Source: Idiomarina loihiensis L2TR (lineage in GTDB: Bacteria > Pseudomonadota > Gammaproteobacteria > Enterobacterales > Alteromonadaceae). From it: DNA of 32,000 bases. Below are positions 8,927 to 28,763 of this stretch, piece by piece (position 1 is the stretch's first letter; the number at the start of each line of letters is the position of its first letter). The position numbers and the translations under genes are program-made. Where the stretch lies: NCBI RefSeq assembly GCF_000008465.1, contig NC_006512.1, forward strand, positions 810,001 through 842,000, read 5' to 3'. The notes below the pieces were generated by a model that made no database searches, was not told where the DNA came from, and saw only the letters and a list, made by a program, of their open reading frames with translations.

Positions 8927-10078
8927 ATGAAAACTCTAAGCTTATCAATTATCAGTGCCTCTCTTCTGGCTGCTATGGCGTCAGCTCCGGTTAATGCGGA
9001 AGAGCTCAGCCTTAAGCACGACAGCGAATATGTCATTGATGGTAAAATCTTTGGATTACCAGAAGCTAAAGTCTACCGCGAAGACTACAACGGCCCGGCG
9101 GTTGTTGGCGACTATCTGACTCAGGTTCCAAACATAGCGAAACTTGACTACGAAGGTAACAAAACTCATGACATACGCATGGATGTTTTCTCTCAGAAAA
9201 TAGAAGTAGCACCGGGAGTAACCTATTCGGCCTGGACATTCGGTGGCTCAGTACCCGGACCGGTATTGCACGTACGTGAAGGTGACCGTGTTATCTTCAA
9301 AATGAAAAACCGCTCTGACGAAGAAGTGACTATTACTAAGCCAGTTAAAAATGGTGCTCCGTTCATTCAGCAACTGCAGGCCAACGGTTATCAGAATAAC
9401 CAGCCAGTCGTTAACCCAATGCCCCACTCTATGGACTTTCATAGTGGCACAGTAGCAGCGGAAGACAAATGGCGTACCATTTCTCCGGGTGAAACTATTG
9501 AGTTCGAATGGATAGCCAACTACGCGGGTACTTATATGTATCACTGTGGTACTTCCAGCGTACTCATGCACACAGCTATGGGCCAATACGGCGCCGTTGT
9601 GGTATCTCCTAAAGATGGCTACCCAACTGACAAAGACGTTGATAAAGAATTCGTTCTGGTTCAGTCAGAGCACTATTTGGAAGAAGCCTCAGAAGGTAAC
9701 TACATCTATAACCACGGTGCAGCTTTAGACCGCCAGCCAAGTCATGTGACCTTTAACGGACATGTTGCAGCACTTAGCGACAACCCTTTACGAGCGAACG
9801 AAGGTGACCGTGTGCGCTTACATGTTTTAAACGCAGGTCCTTCAGGCACTTCCAGCTTCCACGTAATTGGTGCGATTTTCGACCGCGTCTGGTACGAAGG
9901 TGATCCGCGTAACGAATGGTATGGCATGCAAACCGTGCTGCTGGGTGCCAGTAACAGCGCAACCATTGAATTTATTGTTCCGGAAGAAGGCATCTATAAG
10001 TTGGTCGATCACGAATTTGCTGATGCAGAGCGTGGCGCAGCTGGTGCATTAATTGCCGGTCCGCGTAAAGAGAAATAA
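8927..10078 (+). CDS. nirK: copper-containing nitrite reductase (NirK-like, divergent)
   Basis: Trimmed to ATG 8927 (AAAGGAAAA upstream), 383 aa with a signal peptide. It has HSMDFH (T1/T2 His plus catalytic Asp), YHCGTSSVLMH (His-Cys...His), FHVIG (catalytic His position) and VDHEF (third T2Cu His position). There is no MCO-type HCH motif. Confidence 0.8.
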   Translation: MKTLSLSIISASLLAAMASAPVNAEELSLKHDSEYVIDGKIFGLPEAKVYREDYNGPAVVGDYLTQVPNIAKLDYEGNKTHDIRMDVFSQKIEVAPGVTYSAWTFGGSVPGPVLHVREGDRVIFKMKNRSDEEVTITKPVKNGAPFIQQLQANGYQNNQPVVNPMPHSMDFHSGTVAAEDKWRTISPGETIEFEWIANYAGTYMYHCGTSSVLMHTAMGQYGAVVVSPKDGYPTDKDVDKEFVLVQSEHYLEEASEGNYIYNHGAALDRQPSHVTFNGHVAALSDNPLRANEGDRVRLHVLNAGPSGTSSFHVIGAIFDRVWYEGDPRNEWYGMQTVLLGASNSATIEFIVPEEGIYKLVDHEFADAERGAAGALIAGPRKEK

Positions 10079-10088
10079 GGGGAAACTT

Positions 10089-10841
10089 ATGGTTAAGTGG
10101 CTTGGAGTTGCAGGTGTTTTATTGTCACCCTTAGTGCTCGCTGATCCAGTTCTGATCAATGGTGGTACTTTCGAACCTCCGGTCTTACTGGACAAAGAGC
10201 GCCTCAGTATAGAAATGGAAAGTTTCATGCTGGACGCAACCCCTGTCACTAACCAAGAGTTTCTGGAATTTGTCATTGAACAACCTCAGTGGCAGCGAGA
10301 CAACATCGCTGCCCTATTCCATGATGGAAATTACCTGAAGCATTGGGATGATAATACTGAATTTGCTAAAGGCAAAGACAACGAACCAGTCACTTATGTG
10401 TCTTGGTTTGCCGCACGCGAATACTGCTCCGCACAAGGTGGCCGTTTGCCTGGTCTTAACGAGTGGGAGTATGCGTCGGTCAAATATCGGCAACAGCAGA
10501 ACATCAGCGACGATGATTATGCCCGTAACCTGTTTGCCTGGTACAGCCAGCCACACAGTGCGAAACAACAAACCGTCGACCCAAATGCTGAGCAATTGAT
10601 GCACATGCACGACCGTGTCAACGAATGGGTAGACGACTATCAATTATTATTAACCAACGGCGATGACGTCGATTTGCTCTCCGGCTCATGTGGCGACGGA
10701 GCGCGCTTTATGTCGAGTTTTAGTAACGCCAATTACGCCACATTTTTCCGTTATCAGTCACGCAGTGATTACGCCCCGCAAAGTGCGACCAGCACTATGG
10801 GTTTTCGTTGCGCATACGACCTGGAGAACGACCATGAATAA
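10089..10841 (+). CDS. nirV: FGE/SUMF1-domain protein (NirV-like)
   Basis: Trimmed to ATG 10089 (AAGGGGAAA upstream), 250 aa with a signal-like N-terminus. Motifs PVTNQEFLEFV, PVTYVSWFAAREYC, RLPGLNEWEYA and GFRCA are typical of the formylglycine-generating-enzyme fold. A gene of this family directly follows nirK in Rhodobacter/Pseudomonas-type nirK-nirV operons. Confidence 0.75.
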   Translation: MVKWLGVAGVLLSPLVLADPVLINGGTFEPPVLLDKERLSIEMESFMLDATPVTNQEFLEFVIEQPQWQRDNIAALFHDGNYLKHWDDNTEFAKGKDNEPVTYVSWFAAREYCSAQGGRLPGLNEWEYASVKYRQQQNISDDDYARNLFAWYSQPHSAKQQTVDPNAEQLMHMHDRVNEWVDDYQLLLTNGDDVDLLSGSCGDGARFMSSFSNANYATFFRYQSRSDYAPQSATSTMGFRCAYDLENDHE

Positions 10842-11478
10842 ATTGCTAAAATTGACCGCCCTGGCCTCTTTGATCTTTGCTGTCCAGTCTTTTGCGCAGG
10901 ATCACTCGCATCACAATATGCACAAGAATCAGACAGCTAACGACCACAGCAATCATACGGCAATGAACGCAGCAGAGGTCTCTCACTCCGAGTCGGTATA
11001 CCAGATAGATGCTACCTGGAACACGCATAAGAATAGCCAACTCAAGCTTTCAGAACTTGAAGGTCATCCCGTTATTCTTTCCATGATTTATGGCAGTTGC
11101 ACCACCGCCTGCCCAGTGTTGGTTCATGACGTAAAACGCTTATACAGCAAGCTGGACGAAGACACTAAACAGCAAGTTAAGCTCGTTATGGTGAGTTTTG
11201 ACACCGATCGCGATACACCCGAGGCACTCGCTGACTATGTTAAGCAGTATCAACTTAACAACGACAACTGGCTGTTTCTGAACGGTTCGGAGCAGGATAT
11301 CAGAACCTTAGCTACAGTACTTGGCGTGAGGTATCGACAGCGTCCGGACGGTGATTTTGATCACAGCAATTTGATCACTATTCTCGATAAACAAGGGCTT
11401 ATTGTTGAACGCATAGAAGGCCTAAGCCAGCCAATGGAGAAGCCAGCTAACGTTGTCGCTAAACTGGTTAACGATTAA
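10834..11478 (+). CDS. SCO1/SenC-family copper chaperone / thiol-disulfide protein
   Basis: Trimmed to ATG 10834; the ATGAATAA overlaps the nirV stop. The 214-aa product has a signal/anchor and a His-rich stretch (DHSHHNMHKNQTANDHSNHTAMN). It also has the thioredoxin-fold CTTACP (CxxxC) motif and a downstream DHSN His. Confidence 0.85.
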   Translation: MNKLLKLTALASLIFAVQSFAQDHSHHNMHKNQTANDHSNHTAMNAAEVSHSESVYQIDATWNTHKNSQLKLSELEGHPVILSMIYGSCTTACPVLVHDVKRLYSKLDEDTKQQVKLVMVSFDTDRDTPEALADYVKQYQLNNDNWLFLNGSEQDIRTLATVLGVRYRQRPDGDFDHSNLITILDKQGLIVERIEGLSQPMEKPANVVAKLVND

Positions 11479-11502
11479 CAGCGGTTGCATTCGCTCTAAG
11501 AT
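11475..11502 (+). promoter_or_regulatory. candidate sigma70 promoter of the thi operon
   Basis: TTAACA (11475-11480), a 16-nt spacer, then TAAGAT (11497-11502), about 20 nt upstream of the riboswitch P1 stem. By-eye match only. Confidence 0.25.
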
Positions 11503-11523
11503 TTTGTTCCACTAAAAAGGAAT

Positions 11524-11625
11524 CTTGTCGGAGTGCCGGTAGCTTTCTTAATGAAGTTACCGGCTGAGACCGCAATTGCGGGATCCGTTGAACCTGATCA
11601 GGCTAATACCTGCGAAGGGAACAAG
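11524..11625 (+). promoter_or_regulatory. TPP (THI-box) riboswitch
   Basis: The P1 stem CTTGT..ACAAG encloses GGAGTGCC..GGCTGAGA..CCGTTGAACCTGATCAGGCTAATACCTGCGAAGGGAAC, which contains the conserved CUGAGA and ACCUGAUCnGGnUAAUnCC..GGGA THI-box elements. It sits directly upstream of thiC. Confidence 0.92.
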
Positions 11626-11711
11626 AGAGCATCAGCATGACACGACCGTTGTTTCTGCGCTGATGTTCCTTTCAACACTCCTGACAAGCATCTCTAACAT
11701 CAACAAAATGA

Positions 11712-14930
<3,219 letters not shown>

Positions 14931-14941
<11 letters not shown>

Positions 14942-15689
14942 CGAACAACTTCTGCGTTACAGCAGCAACATACTGATGAAAGAAATTGGCGAAACCGGAC
15001 AACAGCGTTTGCTCAAAAGTCATGTGCTGATTATTGGCTTGGGTGGTCTCGGTTGTCCTGCCAGCCAATATCTGGCGTCATCGGGCGTTGGGCAAATCAC
15101 ACTGGTCGATCACGACACAATAAGTCTCAGCAACTTACAGCGCCAAACACTCTATTCCAGCGACGGTATTGGTTTGTCCAAGGCGTGGCAAGCTGGTCAT
15201 TCTTTGTCGCGGTTAAACCCGGACATTCGTATCACCGCTATTGAAGAAAAGGCCTATGAAGGCAATCTGGACGCGCTCGCCGAACAAGCCGATTTAGTCC
15301 TCGACTGCACCGACAATCGCGAGACCCGGTACCTGATCAACCAAAGCTGCTACCGCCTGAACACCCCGCTCATTTCTGCTGCGGCGCGCGGCTTTAACGG
15401 GCAACTCATCGCGTTAAATCCGGGGCAATCGCACGGCTGTTATCAGTGCCTTTATCCCGACGCTGTTACCGAGCCACTGAACTGCAGTAACGCGGGTATA
15501 GCCGCTCCTGTTGTGGGCATTATGGGATCCAGTCAGGCGCTACTGGCAATTAATTATTTTACCGGACATAAGCTTGCCTGGGGTTACCTGCAAACCTTCA
15601 ATGGCTTATCGCAAAACTGGCAACAACTCTATTTACCGCGGGCCGCTTCATGCCCTGTATGCGGAGGTCAAAATGCGCATTCAAATTAA
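14931..15689 (+). CDS. thiF: ThiS adenylyltransferase
   Basis: E1-like fold with the GLGGLGCP nucleotide loop and CYQC...CPVC zinc motifs. ATG 14931 is preferred over TTG 14925. It overlaps the thiDE stop by 11 nt. Confidence 0.9.
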
Positions 15690-15873
15690 TGACAAAGATT
15701 TTGAGATCACTGAAAAAACCAACTTATCGCAGCTACTGTCTGCTCAGAACGTCGATACCTCGGCCGTTGCCGTCGCCTTAAACGGACAGATTATACACCG
15801 CGAGCAATGGCAACAGACTGAGCTTAAAGACAACGATACCATTACACTTGTTCAAGCCGTGGCCGGAGGTTAA
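15673..15873 (+). CDS. thiS: sulfur carrier protein ThiS
   Basis: Trimmed to ATG 15673, giving a 66-aa ubiquitin-like protein that ends in the diagnostic GG (VQAVAGG). It overlaps the thiF end by 17 nt. Confidence 0.88.
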   Translation: MRIQINDKDFEITEKTNLSQLLSAQNVDTSAVAVALNGQIIHREQWQQTELKDNDTITLVQAVAGG

Positions 15874-15876
15874 ACC

Positions 15877-16647
15877 ATGCTGAGAATAGCCGATCGAGAT
15901 TTTCATTCCCGTTTATTCATAGGCTCTGGCAAATACAGTAGCGCGGATATTATGCAGAAGTCCCTTGCGGCTTCCGGTAGCGAGTTAGTAACGCTGGCAT
16001 TAAAGCGCGTTGAACTTGAGCGCCCCACTGACGACATTGTCACGCCTATACAAAACTTAGGTTTACAGCTTTTGCCAAATACCTCTGGTGCCAAAACTGC
16101 ACAAGACGCTATTTTTGCTGCACGCCTTGCCCGTGAAGCTTTAGGTACCCATTGGCTTAAACTGGAAATACACCCCGACCCCAACTATTTGCTGCCGGAC
16201 CCGATAGAAACCCTAAAAGCCGCTGAAACTTTGGTAAAAGAAGGCTTTACCGTACTGCCCTACTGCGGTGCTGATCCCGTATTGTGTAAACGCTTAGAGG
16301 AAGTTGGCTGTGCGGCAGTTATGCCGTTAGGCGCTCCCATAGGCTCAAACCAGGGCCTGCTTACTCGAGACTTCCTACGGATTATTATCGAGCAGGCATC
16401 GCTACCCGTCATTGTCGATGCGGGCATTGGCGCGCCAAGCCACGCTGTTGAAGCTATGGAAATGGGCGCAGACGCTGTGCTGGTGAATACCGCCATAGCC
16501 ACTGCAAACGACCCCGTCGCTATGTCAAAAACCTTTCGCGATGCGGTTATTGTTGGGCGTCAGGCCTTTGAAGCAGGCTTAAGTCAAAACGCTTCGCTAA
16601 AAGCGTCCGCATCCAGCCCGTTAACGGAGTTTCTGGAGTCGCTATGA
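15877..16647 (+). CDS. thiG: thiazole synthase
   Basis: 256-aa TIM-barrel ORF ([32 protein letters not shown]). GGAGGT SD lies upstream. Confidence 0.95.
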   Translation: MLRIADRDFHSRLFIGSGKYSSADIMQKSLAASGSELVTLALKRVELERPTDDIVTPIQNLGLQLLPNTSGAKTAQDAIFAARLAREALGTHWLKLEIHPDPNYLLPDPIETLKAAETLVKEGFTVLPYCGADPVLCKRLEEVGCAAVMPLGAPIGSNQGLLTRDFLRIIIEQASLPVIVDAGIGAPSHAVEAMEMGADAVLVNTAIATANDPVAMSKTFRDAVIVGRQAFEAGLSQNASLKASASSPLTEFLESL

Positions 16648-17736
16648 GCTTTTATACTACCTGGGAGCAGACCAGCTGGGATGATACCCGCCTGCAGCTT
16701 TACAGTAAAAACGCGGCTGACGTTGAAACCGCTTTAAGCAAACAACATCTGAATACGGGCGATTTTATGGCGTTACTGTCGCCGGCGGCGGAGTCCTATC
16801 TGCCCCTTATGGCAGAGCGCTCACAACAACTGACCCGGCAACGCTTTGGTAACACACTGCACTTGTTTATTCCGCTGTATTTATCGAATCTGTGTGCTAA
16901 CGATTGCAGCTACTGCGGCTTTTCCATGAGTAACCGCTTAAAGCGCAAAACCTTGTCACCAACTGAAATCGAGCAGGAATGTCAGGCCATAAAAGCCAAA
17001 GGTTTTGACACCCTGCTGATAGTGACTGGCGAGCATGAAACCAAGGTAGGTATTGATTATTTTCGTCACGCGCTACCTATTATCAAACGCTATTTCAGCT
17101 ATGTCATGTTTGAGGTGCAGCCATTGGCTACCCATGAATACGCTGAATTACGCACGCTGGGTCTGGACGCCGTTATGGTGTATCAGGAAACTTATCAGGC
17201 CGCTACCTATGCTAAACATCACTTAAAAGGCAAAAAACGCGATTTCCGCTGGCGGCTTGAAACGCCCGACCGCCTGGGCGAATGCGGTATCGATAAAATT
17301 GGCCTGGGCTCGCTGATTGGACTGGAGGACTGGCGTATCGACAGCACCTTTACCGCCATGCATCTGGATTATTTACGGCGACGCTACTGGCGCAGTCGTT
17401 ATTCGCTGTCGTTTCCCCGGCTACGGCCCTGTGCCGGTGGTGTCGATAACGCAAGGACAATTTCTGATAAACAACTGGTTCAGTTAATTTGCGCCTATCG
17501 GTTGCGGTTCCCCGATGTAGAACTCAGCCTTTCCACCCGCGAACAGCAGGCGCTTCGTGATGGGTTGTTTCGGCTAGGTGTGACCTCGGTCAGTGCCGAA
17601 TCGAAAACTCAGCCCGGCGGTTACGCCAACGAGCAACAAGAGCTGGAACAGTTTTCCATAGATGACGACAGGCCAGTAAGTGAAGTGGCGCAGGCAATAA
17701 AAGCGAAAGGATTACAACCGGTATGGCAGGACTGGC

Positions 17737-19684
<1,948 letters not shown>

Positions 19685-19699
19685 TCATTAGCCGGGTTA

Positions 19700-21352
<1,653 letters not shown>

Positions 21353-21496
21353 TCAGGTCAAATTTGGGATTGCATTCAGACGGGAAAGTAGTATACCGAA
21401 AGACGACCTTAACAACAAATAAAAAGCACGCCACCTGTCTCCAACCAAGCACTTTTGCTAGTATAGCGCCAGCTAAAACCTATTCGGAGTTACTTT

Positions 21497-22132
21497 ATGT
21501 CGTCCTGCTGTGGCACCACCGCACAACAACACATCGACAAAGCACAAAGGACATTATTATGGACCGTGCTGGTTCTTAACGGAGTGATGTTTTTCGTTGA
21601 ATTTATTGCGGGTTGGTTAGCAGAGTCCAGTGGGCTTTTTGCCGACTCATTAGATATGCTGGCGGATACTCTGGTTTATGCAGTTAGTTTGTATGCTGTT
21701 GGTAAAGCCATAAAATACAAAGCCAACGCCGCCATTCTTAACGGCACACTGCAAACCGTGCTGGCACTTGTGGTTTTGGCAGATGTGTTACAACGTTTAA
21801 TTTTTGGCAGCCAGCCTAACGCCAACATGATGCTCTGGGTTGCCCTGCTCGCTCTTGCCGTTAATATCGCTTGTTTCGCTTTGCTGTACAGCTCGCGCAA
21901 TGGCGATATTAACATTCGTGCCAGCTGGATATGCTCGCGCAACGACATGATAATGAACGGCGGGGTAATTCTCTCAGCTCTGCTGGTTGCTAAGCTTAAT
22001 ATGGCCTGGCCGGACTTAGTCATAGCCACAGTCATTGCTTTAATTGTGCTGCGCTCTGCAATACGCATTATTCGCGATGCACGAGCAGTAAAAGCGGGTG
22101 AGAAAACTGACCTTTCGGGGTGCTGCGGCTAG
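21497..22132 (+). CDS. cation diffusion facilitator-like transporter, membrane domain only
   Basis: 211-aa ORF with about 6 TM helices. TM2 has ADSLDMLAD (DxxxD). TM5 has CSRND where HxxxD/DxxxD is expected. No C-terminal cytoplasmic domain follows. The termini carry SSCCG and SGCCG. Confidence 0.7.
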   Translation: MSSCCGTTAQQHIDKAQRTLLWTVLVLNGVMFFVEFIAGWLAESSGLFADSLDMLADTLVYAVSLYAVGKAIKYKANAAILNGTLQTVLALVVLADVLQRLIFGSQPNANMMLWVALLALAVNIACFALLYSSRNGDINIRASWICSRNDMIMNGGVILSALLVAKLNMAWPDLVIATVIALIVLRSAIRIIRDARAVKAGEKTDLSGCCG

Positions 22133-22155
22133 GCTCCAGAATATAGCAAAAAACG

Positions 22156-22617
22156 CTAAGATCTAAACTCAAAAGGCCCTTTAGATTCGCTGCGGATCAC
22201 TACGGTACCAGCTAATATATCGTGCCAGCCCTGCTTTTTGTCGCTAAAACCTATCCAGAAGAAGCCTAGAAAAACCGGAAGGATAGAGAGAATATAAGCA
22301 AAATAACGGCCGATGGCTTTCCCTATACTCAGGGTCCCCCCAGTATGCTCATCCACTACCCGTAATTTCAATATCATTTTACCGGGTGTTCCTAAGAACT
22401 TAATCCAGAAAAAGATAGTCAGTATGGCCGGTATAACGTAGTTAATCAGTACGTCCCAGAAGCCGTATATCAGCTTTTCACCTTGCCAGTACTCCTGACC
22501 GTAGATAAATCCAACGGGTATTGAAAACAAAATCACCAAGATAACAACGTCAATTAACATCGCTGCAAAGCGAATTCGAAACCCGGCGTACTTAGCGTAT
22601 TCTTTTTTATCTTCCAT
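22156..22617 (-). CDS. RDD-family membrane protein
   Basis: It shows the RDD pattern (GFRIRFAAMLIDVV ... GWHDILAGTVV) with 3 TM helices. ATG 22617 (GGAAAGGGA upstream) is preferred. The alternative ATG 22662 would overlap the upstream stop (ATGATTAA). Confidence 0.72.
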   Translation of the reverse strand: MEDKKEYAKYAGFRIRFAAMLIDVVILVILFSIPVGFIYGQEYWQGEKLIYGFWDVLINYVIPAILTIFFWIKFLGTPGKMILKLRVVDEHTGGTLSIGKAIGRYFAYILSILPVFLGFFWIGFSDKKQGWHDILAGTVVIRSESKGPFEFRS

Positions 22618-22654
22618 TATTGTCCCTTTCCAATCCGTTTTTAATGATCGAGGC

Positions 22655-22891
22655 TTAATCATCAAACCGTTTTAGATAATGAAAAAGAACATATGTCCAA
22701 ATAACAGCTGCGGGTATCAGACTAAAAGCAAGTTGAGCGTACATTTCAGAATTGCCGGTTAGTTCTACCGTGCTTATTGCTACTCCAATTCCCACACCGA
22801 AAAGTAAACTTAGAACGGAAAATAAAATGGTAAAGGCTTTGCGGTCGAATTTAGTTTCGCTAGCAGCTAATGCCTTCGCGCCTGAGTTCAT
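22655..22891 (-). CDS. small two-TM membrane protein, unknown function
   Basis: 78-aa ORF with two clear hydrophobic helices. It lies directly upstream of, and on the same strand as, the RDD gene. Confidence 0.5.
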   Translation of the reverse strand: MNSGAKALAASETKFDRKAFTILFSVLSLLFGVGIGVAISTVELTGNSEMYAQLAFSLIPAAVIWTYVLFHYLKRFDD

Positions 22892-22975
22892 GGTGTTTCC
22901 TTAATAGTCGCTTATAATCGGAACTTGATGTTTCAAGCATGTTAATAAAGTTAAACTTGCTTGTTAAGGGTAAAT

Positions 22976-23007
22976 CAATAAAAAAGCGCGTTCGAGGTGA
23001 ACGCGCT
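22976..23007 (-). terminator. rho-independent terminator after czcA
   Basis: A perfect 9-bp stem AGCGCGTTC / GAACGCGCT (22985-22993, 22999-23007) with a 5-nt loop. On the minus strand it is followed by a U-run (plus-strand AATAAAAAA at 22977-22985). It begins about 22 nt after the czcA stop. Confidence 0.8.
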
Positions 23008-23028
23008 TATTCGGAAGCATTAATAAAA

Positions 23029-27072
<4,044 letters not shown>

Positions 27073-27076
<4 letters not shown>

Positions 27077-28320
27077 TGCTGTTCTCCTAAAAATGCTTGT
27101 CCGGTCATACGTTCCAGCTGAATGACATCGCTGTATATGGCGTGCTCCCGCGAAATTCTTTGATACTCGAGCTGAGCTAGCTCATTTTGCGCATCCAGCA
27201 CCTGCAATAGCGAATGCGTACCGCGCACATAGCCCTGGTTCGTTTGTTCGACCAGTTGCTGTGCCAATGGCAATAGCGTGTCTTTCACTTTTTGTCGGTA
27301 GTTTTGGTGGGTTTGCAGGCTGTTTATTAGCGCCAGTGCCAGCGAGCGCAACTGAGTTCGCACCAGTTTCTGCTGCTGCAGGTTCGATTGATGCAAAACC
27401 CGACGCTGCTGAATACGCCCAATATTAGGATCTTGCAGTTGCAATGGCATCGAAGCTTCAACCACAAAACCGGTATCATCCGACTGATTGTTGTAACGCA
27501 AGCCAAATCCGAGACTTAAGTCAGAGGTAGAGTCTGCTTCCAACGCCTTTGCCTGAGCCTGCAATAAGTGTTCGGAATCTAACAGGCGTAAATATTCAGG
27601 CGCTTTATTTACTGCATTTAGAACGTCGGATTGCTTCGGCAACTTTAAGGGGAAATAAAAAGTCCCCGAAACTTGGTTAAAGTTTGGCTGCTCAGCCCAC
27701 ATTGCGCTGAGCTTTGCCTGCGCTTTAGCCAACTGGCCTTTCAGTTCCTCTATATCAGCCCGTTGGCTCTCGCGCTGAAGTTGGATACGGGTTACCTCAG
27801 AGTTTGGAACCGCGCCGGCATTTGCCCGCTCCTGTGCTGTTTCTAACAGACTCTCCGTACGATGGAGTTGCTGCTTGCTAAGGCTAATAAACTCCTGCAA
27901 CTTGAGTACCTGGTAAAAGCGTTGTGTTGTTTGTGCCAGCACCTCAATGCGCTGGTATTCAAACTCGGCCCGTTGCACTTTTTCTTCGGCTGTTGCCGCA
28001 TTAATGCGCTGCTGGCGTTTCTCTCCTAACTCAATGACCTGAGAGAACGATAACGTCATTTGCGCATTATCCAGACCGGAGCTTTCACCAGAGCCAGCAA
28101 AGTTTTCAACTTCCAGTCCAACTCTCGGGTTAGGTGAAAACTCAGCCTGCAGAGTCAGTGCCTCGGCGGCCTGCTGTTGGTAATCGTACTTTTGTAAATC
28201 GGGGTTACTCTTCAGCGTGCGGTTTAATGCATCACTTAAAGTTAAATCTGACGCGGCAGCACTAACCGGAAACACCAATATGGCACCCAGAAAGACCACC
28301 ACGAAGCTCAAACGCTTCAT
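27073..28320 (-). CDS. czcC: outer-membrane efflux factor (CzcC/TolC family)
   Basis: 415-aa ORF with a signal peptide and a two-fold repeated coiled-coil/beta pattern typical of OMFs. It is first in the C-B-A order typical of czc/cus operons. Confidence 0.85.
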
Positions 28321-28369
28321 GTTTTTTCTCCAATTGTTCGCTATTTAAAAATGACGGTAGAAATGGAGA

Positions 28370-28633
28370 TTAAGCGTTTGGTGGGGGAACCGCCGGTTGA
28401 TGGGCTAAACCCTTATCAAAAATCACAGCGGTAGGTTGAGCTTCGGTAATAACGGGACAAGCAGAGACACTAATGCCATAACCAGTAATGCAACTAACGT
28501 GCGCATGAAACTGGTGGTCGTGCCCCTGCTCAAGATCTAAAGATGAAGAATTCGGGCTATGTTCCAAACCATGGTTTACATCAAAAACAACATCCACACT
28601 GCTGTGGCTTGCGTCTTCCATATGGCCAACCAC
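28370..28633 (-). CDS. small His/Cys-rich protein upstream of czcC (CzcI-like position)
   Basis: 87-aa ORF from GTG 28633. It contains the His clusters GHDHQFHAH and NHGLEH, a Cys pair and a C-terminal PAVPPPNA. The frame stays open 32 codons further upstream and encodes a signal-peptide-like stretch there, but without a canonical start codon. Confidence 0.45.
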   Translation of the reverse strand: MVGHMEDASHSSVDVVFDVNHGLEHSPNSSSLDLEQGHDHQFHAHVSCITGYGISVSACPVITEAQPTAVIFDKGLAHQPAVPPPNA

Positions 28634-28763
28634 AGACGCACAGGTAAAAAAGCTGTGTATCAGGATGACTGTAATGAGTAACCATGAGATTTTCGTGCCC
28701 GCTACTTTATCGAACTTAAGCCGCGAACGCTAGCGCAGAGCAATAAAGCTATAAGCCTATAAA

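Noticed and set aside
9248-10052. Five short ORFs (both strands) inside nirK
   Set aside because: They are out-of-frame or antisense shadows of a gene with clear copper-ligand motifs, and none has an RBS or recognisable features.
8927-10078. Reading the two-cupredoxin protein as a laccase or two-domain multicopper oxidase
   Set aside because: It has no HCH or HxH trinuclear-cluster motifs. The HxxDFH, HC...H, FHVIG and VDHEF pattern is NirK-specific.
10089-10841. Reading the FGE/SUMF1-domain gene as a sulfatase-maturating enzyme
   Set aside because: No sulfatase gene is nearby. Its position immediately after nirK matches the known nirK-nirV pairing, although the biochemical role of NirV is itself unresolved.
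22921-22960. Small inverted repeat CTTGA-TGTT-TCAAG upstream of the small membrane protein gene, considered as an operator
   Set aside because: It is only a 5-bp stem in AT-rich promoter DNA, which is within chance expectation.
28581-28685. Alternative-frame 34-aa Cys-rich peptide (MVTHYSHPDTQLFYLCVCGWPYGRRKPQQCGCCF), and the idea of a programmed +1 shift at the T6 run into the His-rich ORF
   Set aside because: There is no Shine-Dalgarno before its ATG. The T6 run is not positioned as a usable slippery site for the required +1 shift. A fused product would still lack a signal peptide. The in-frame upstream hydrophobic stretch explains the region better.
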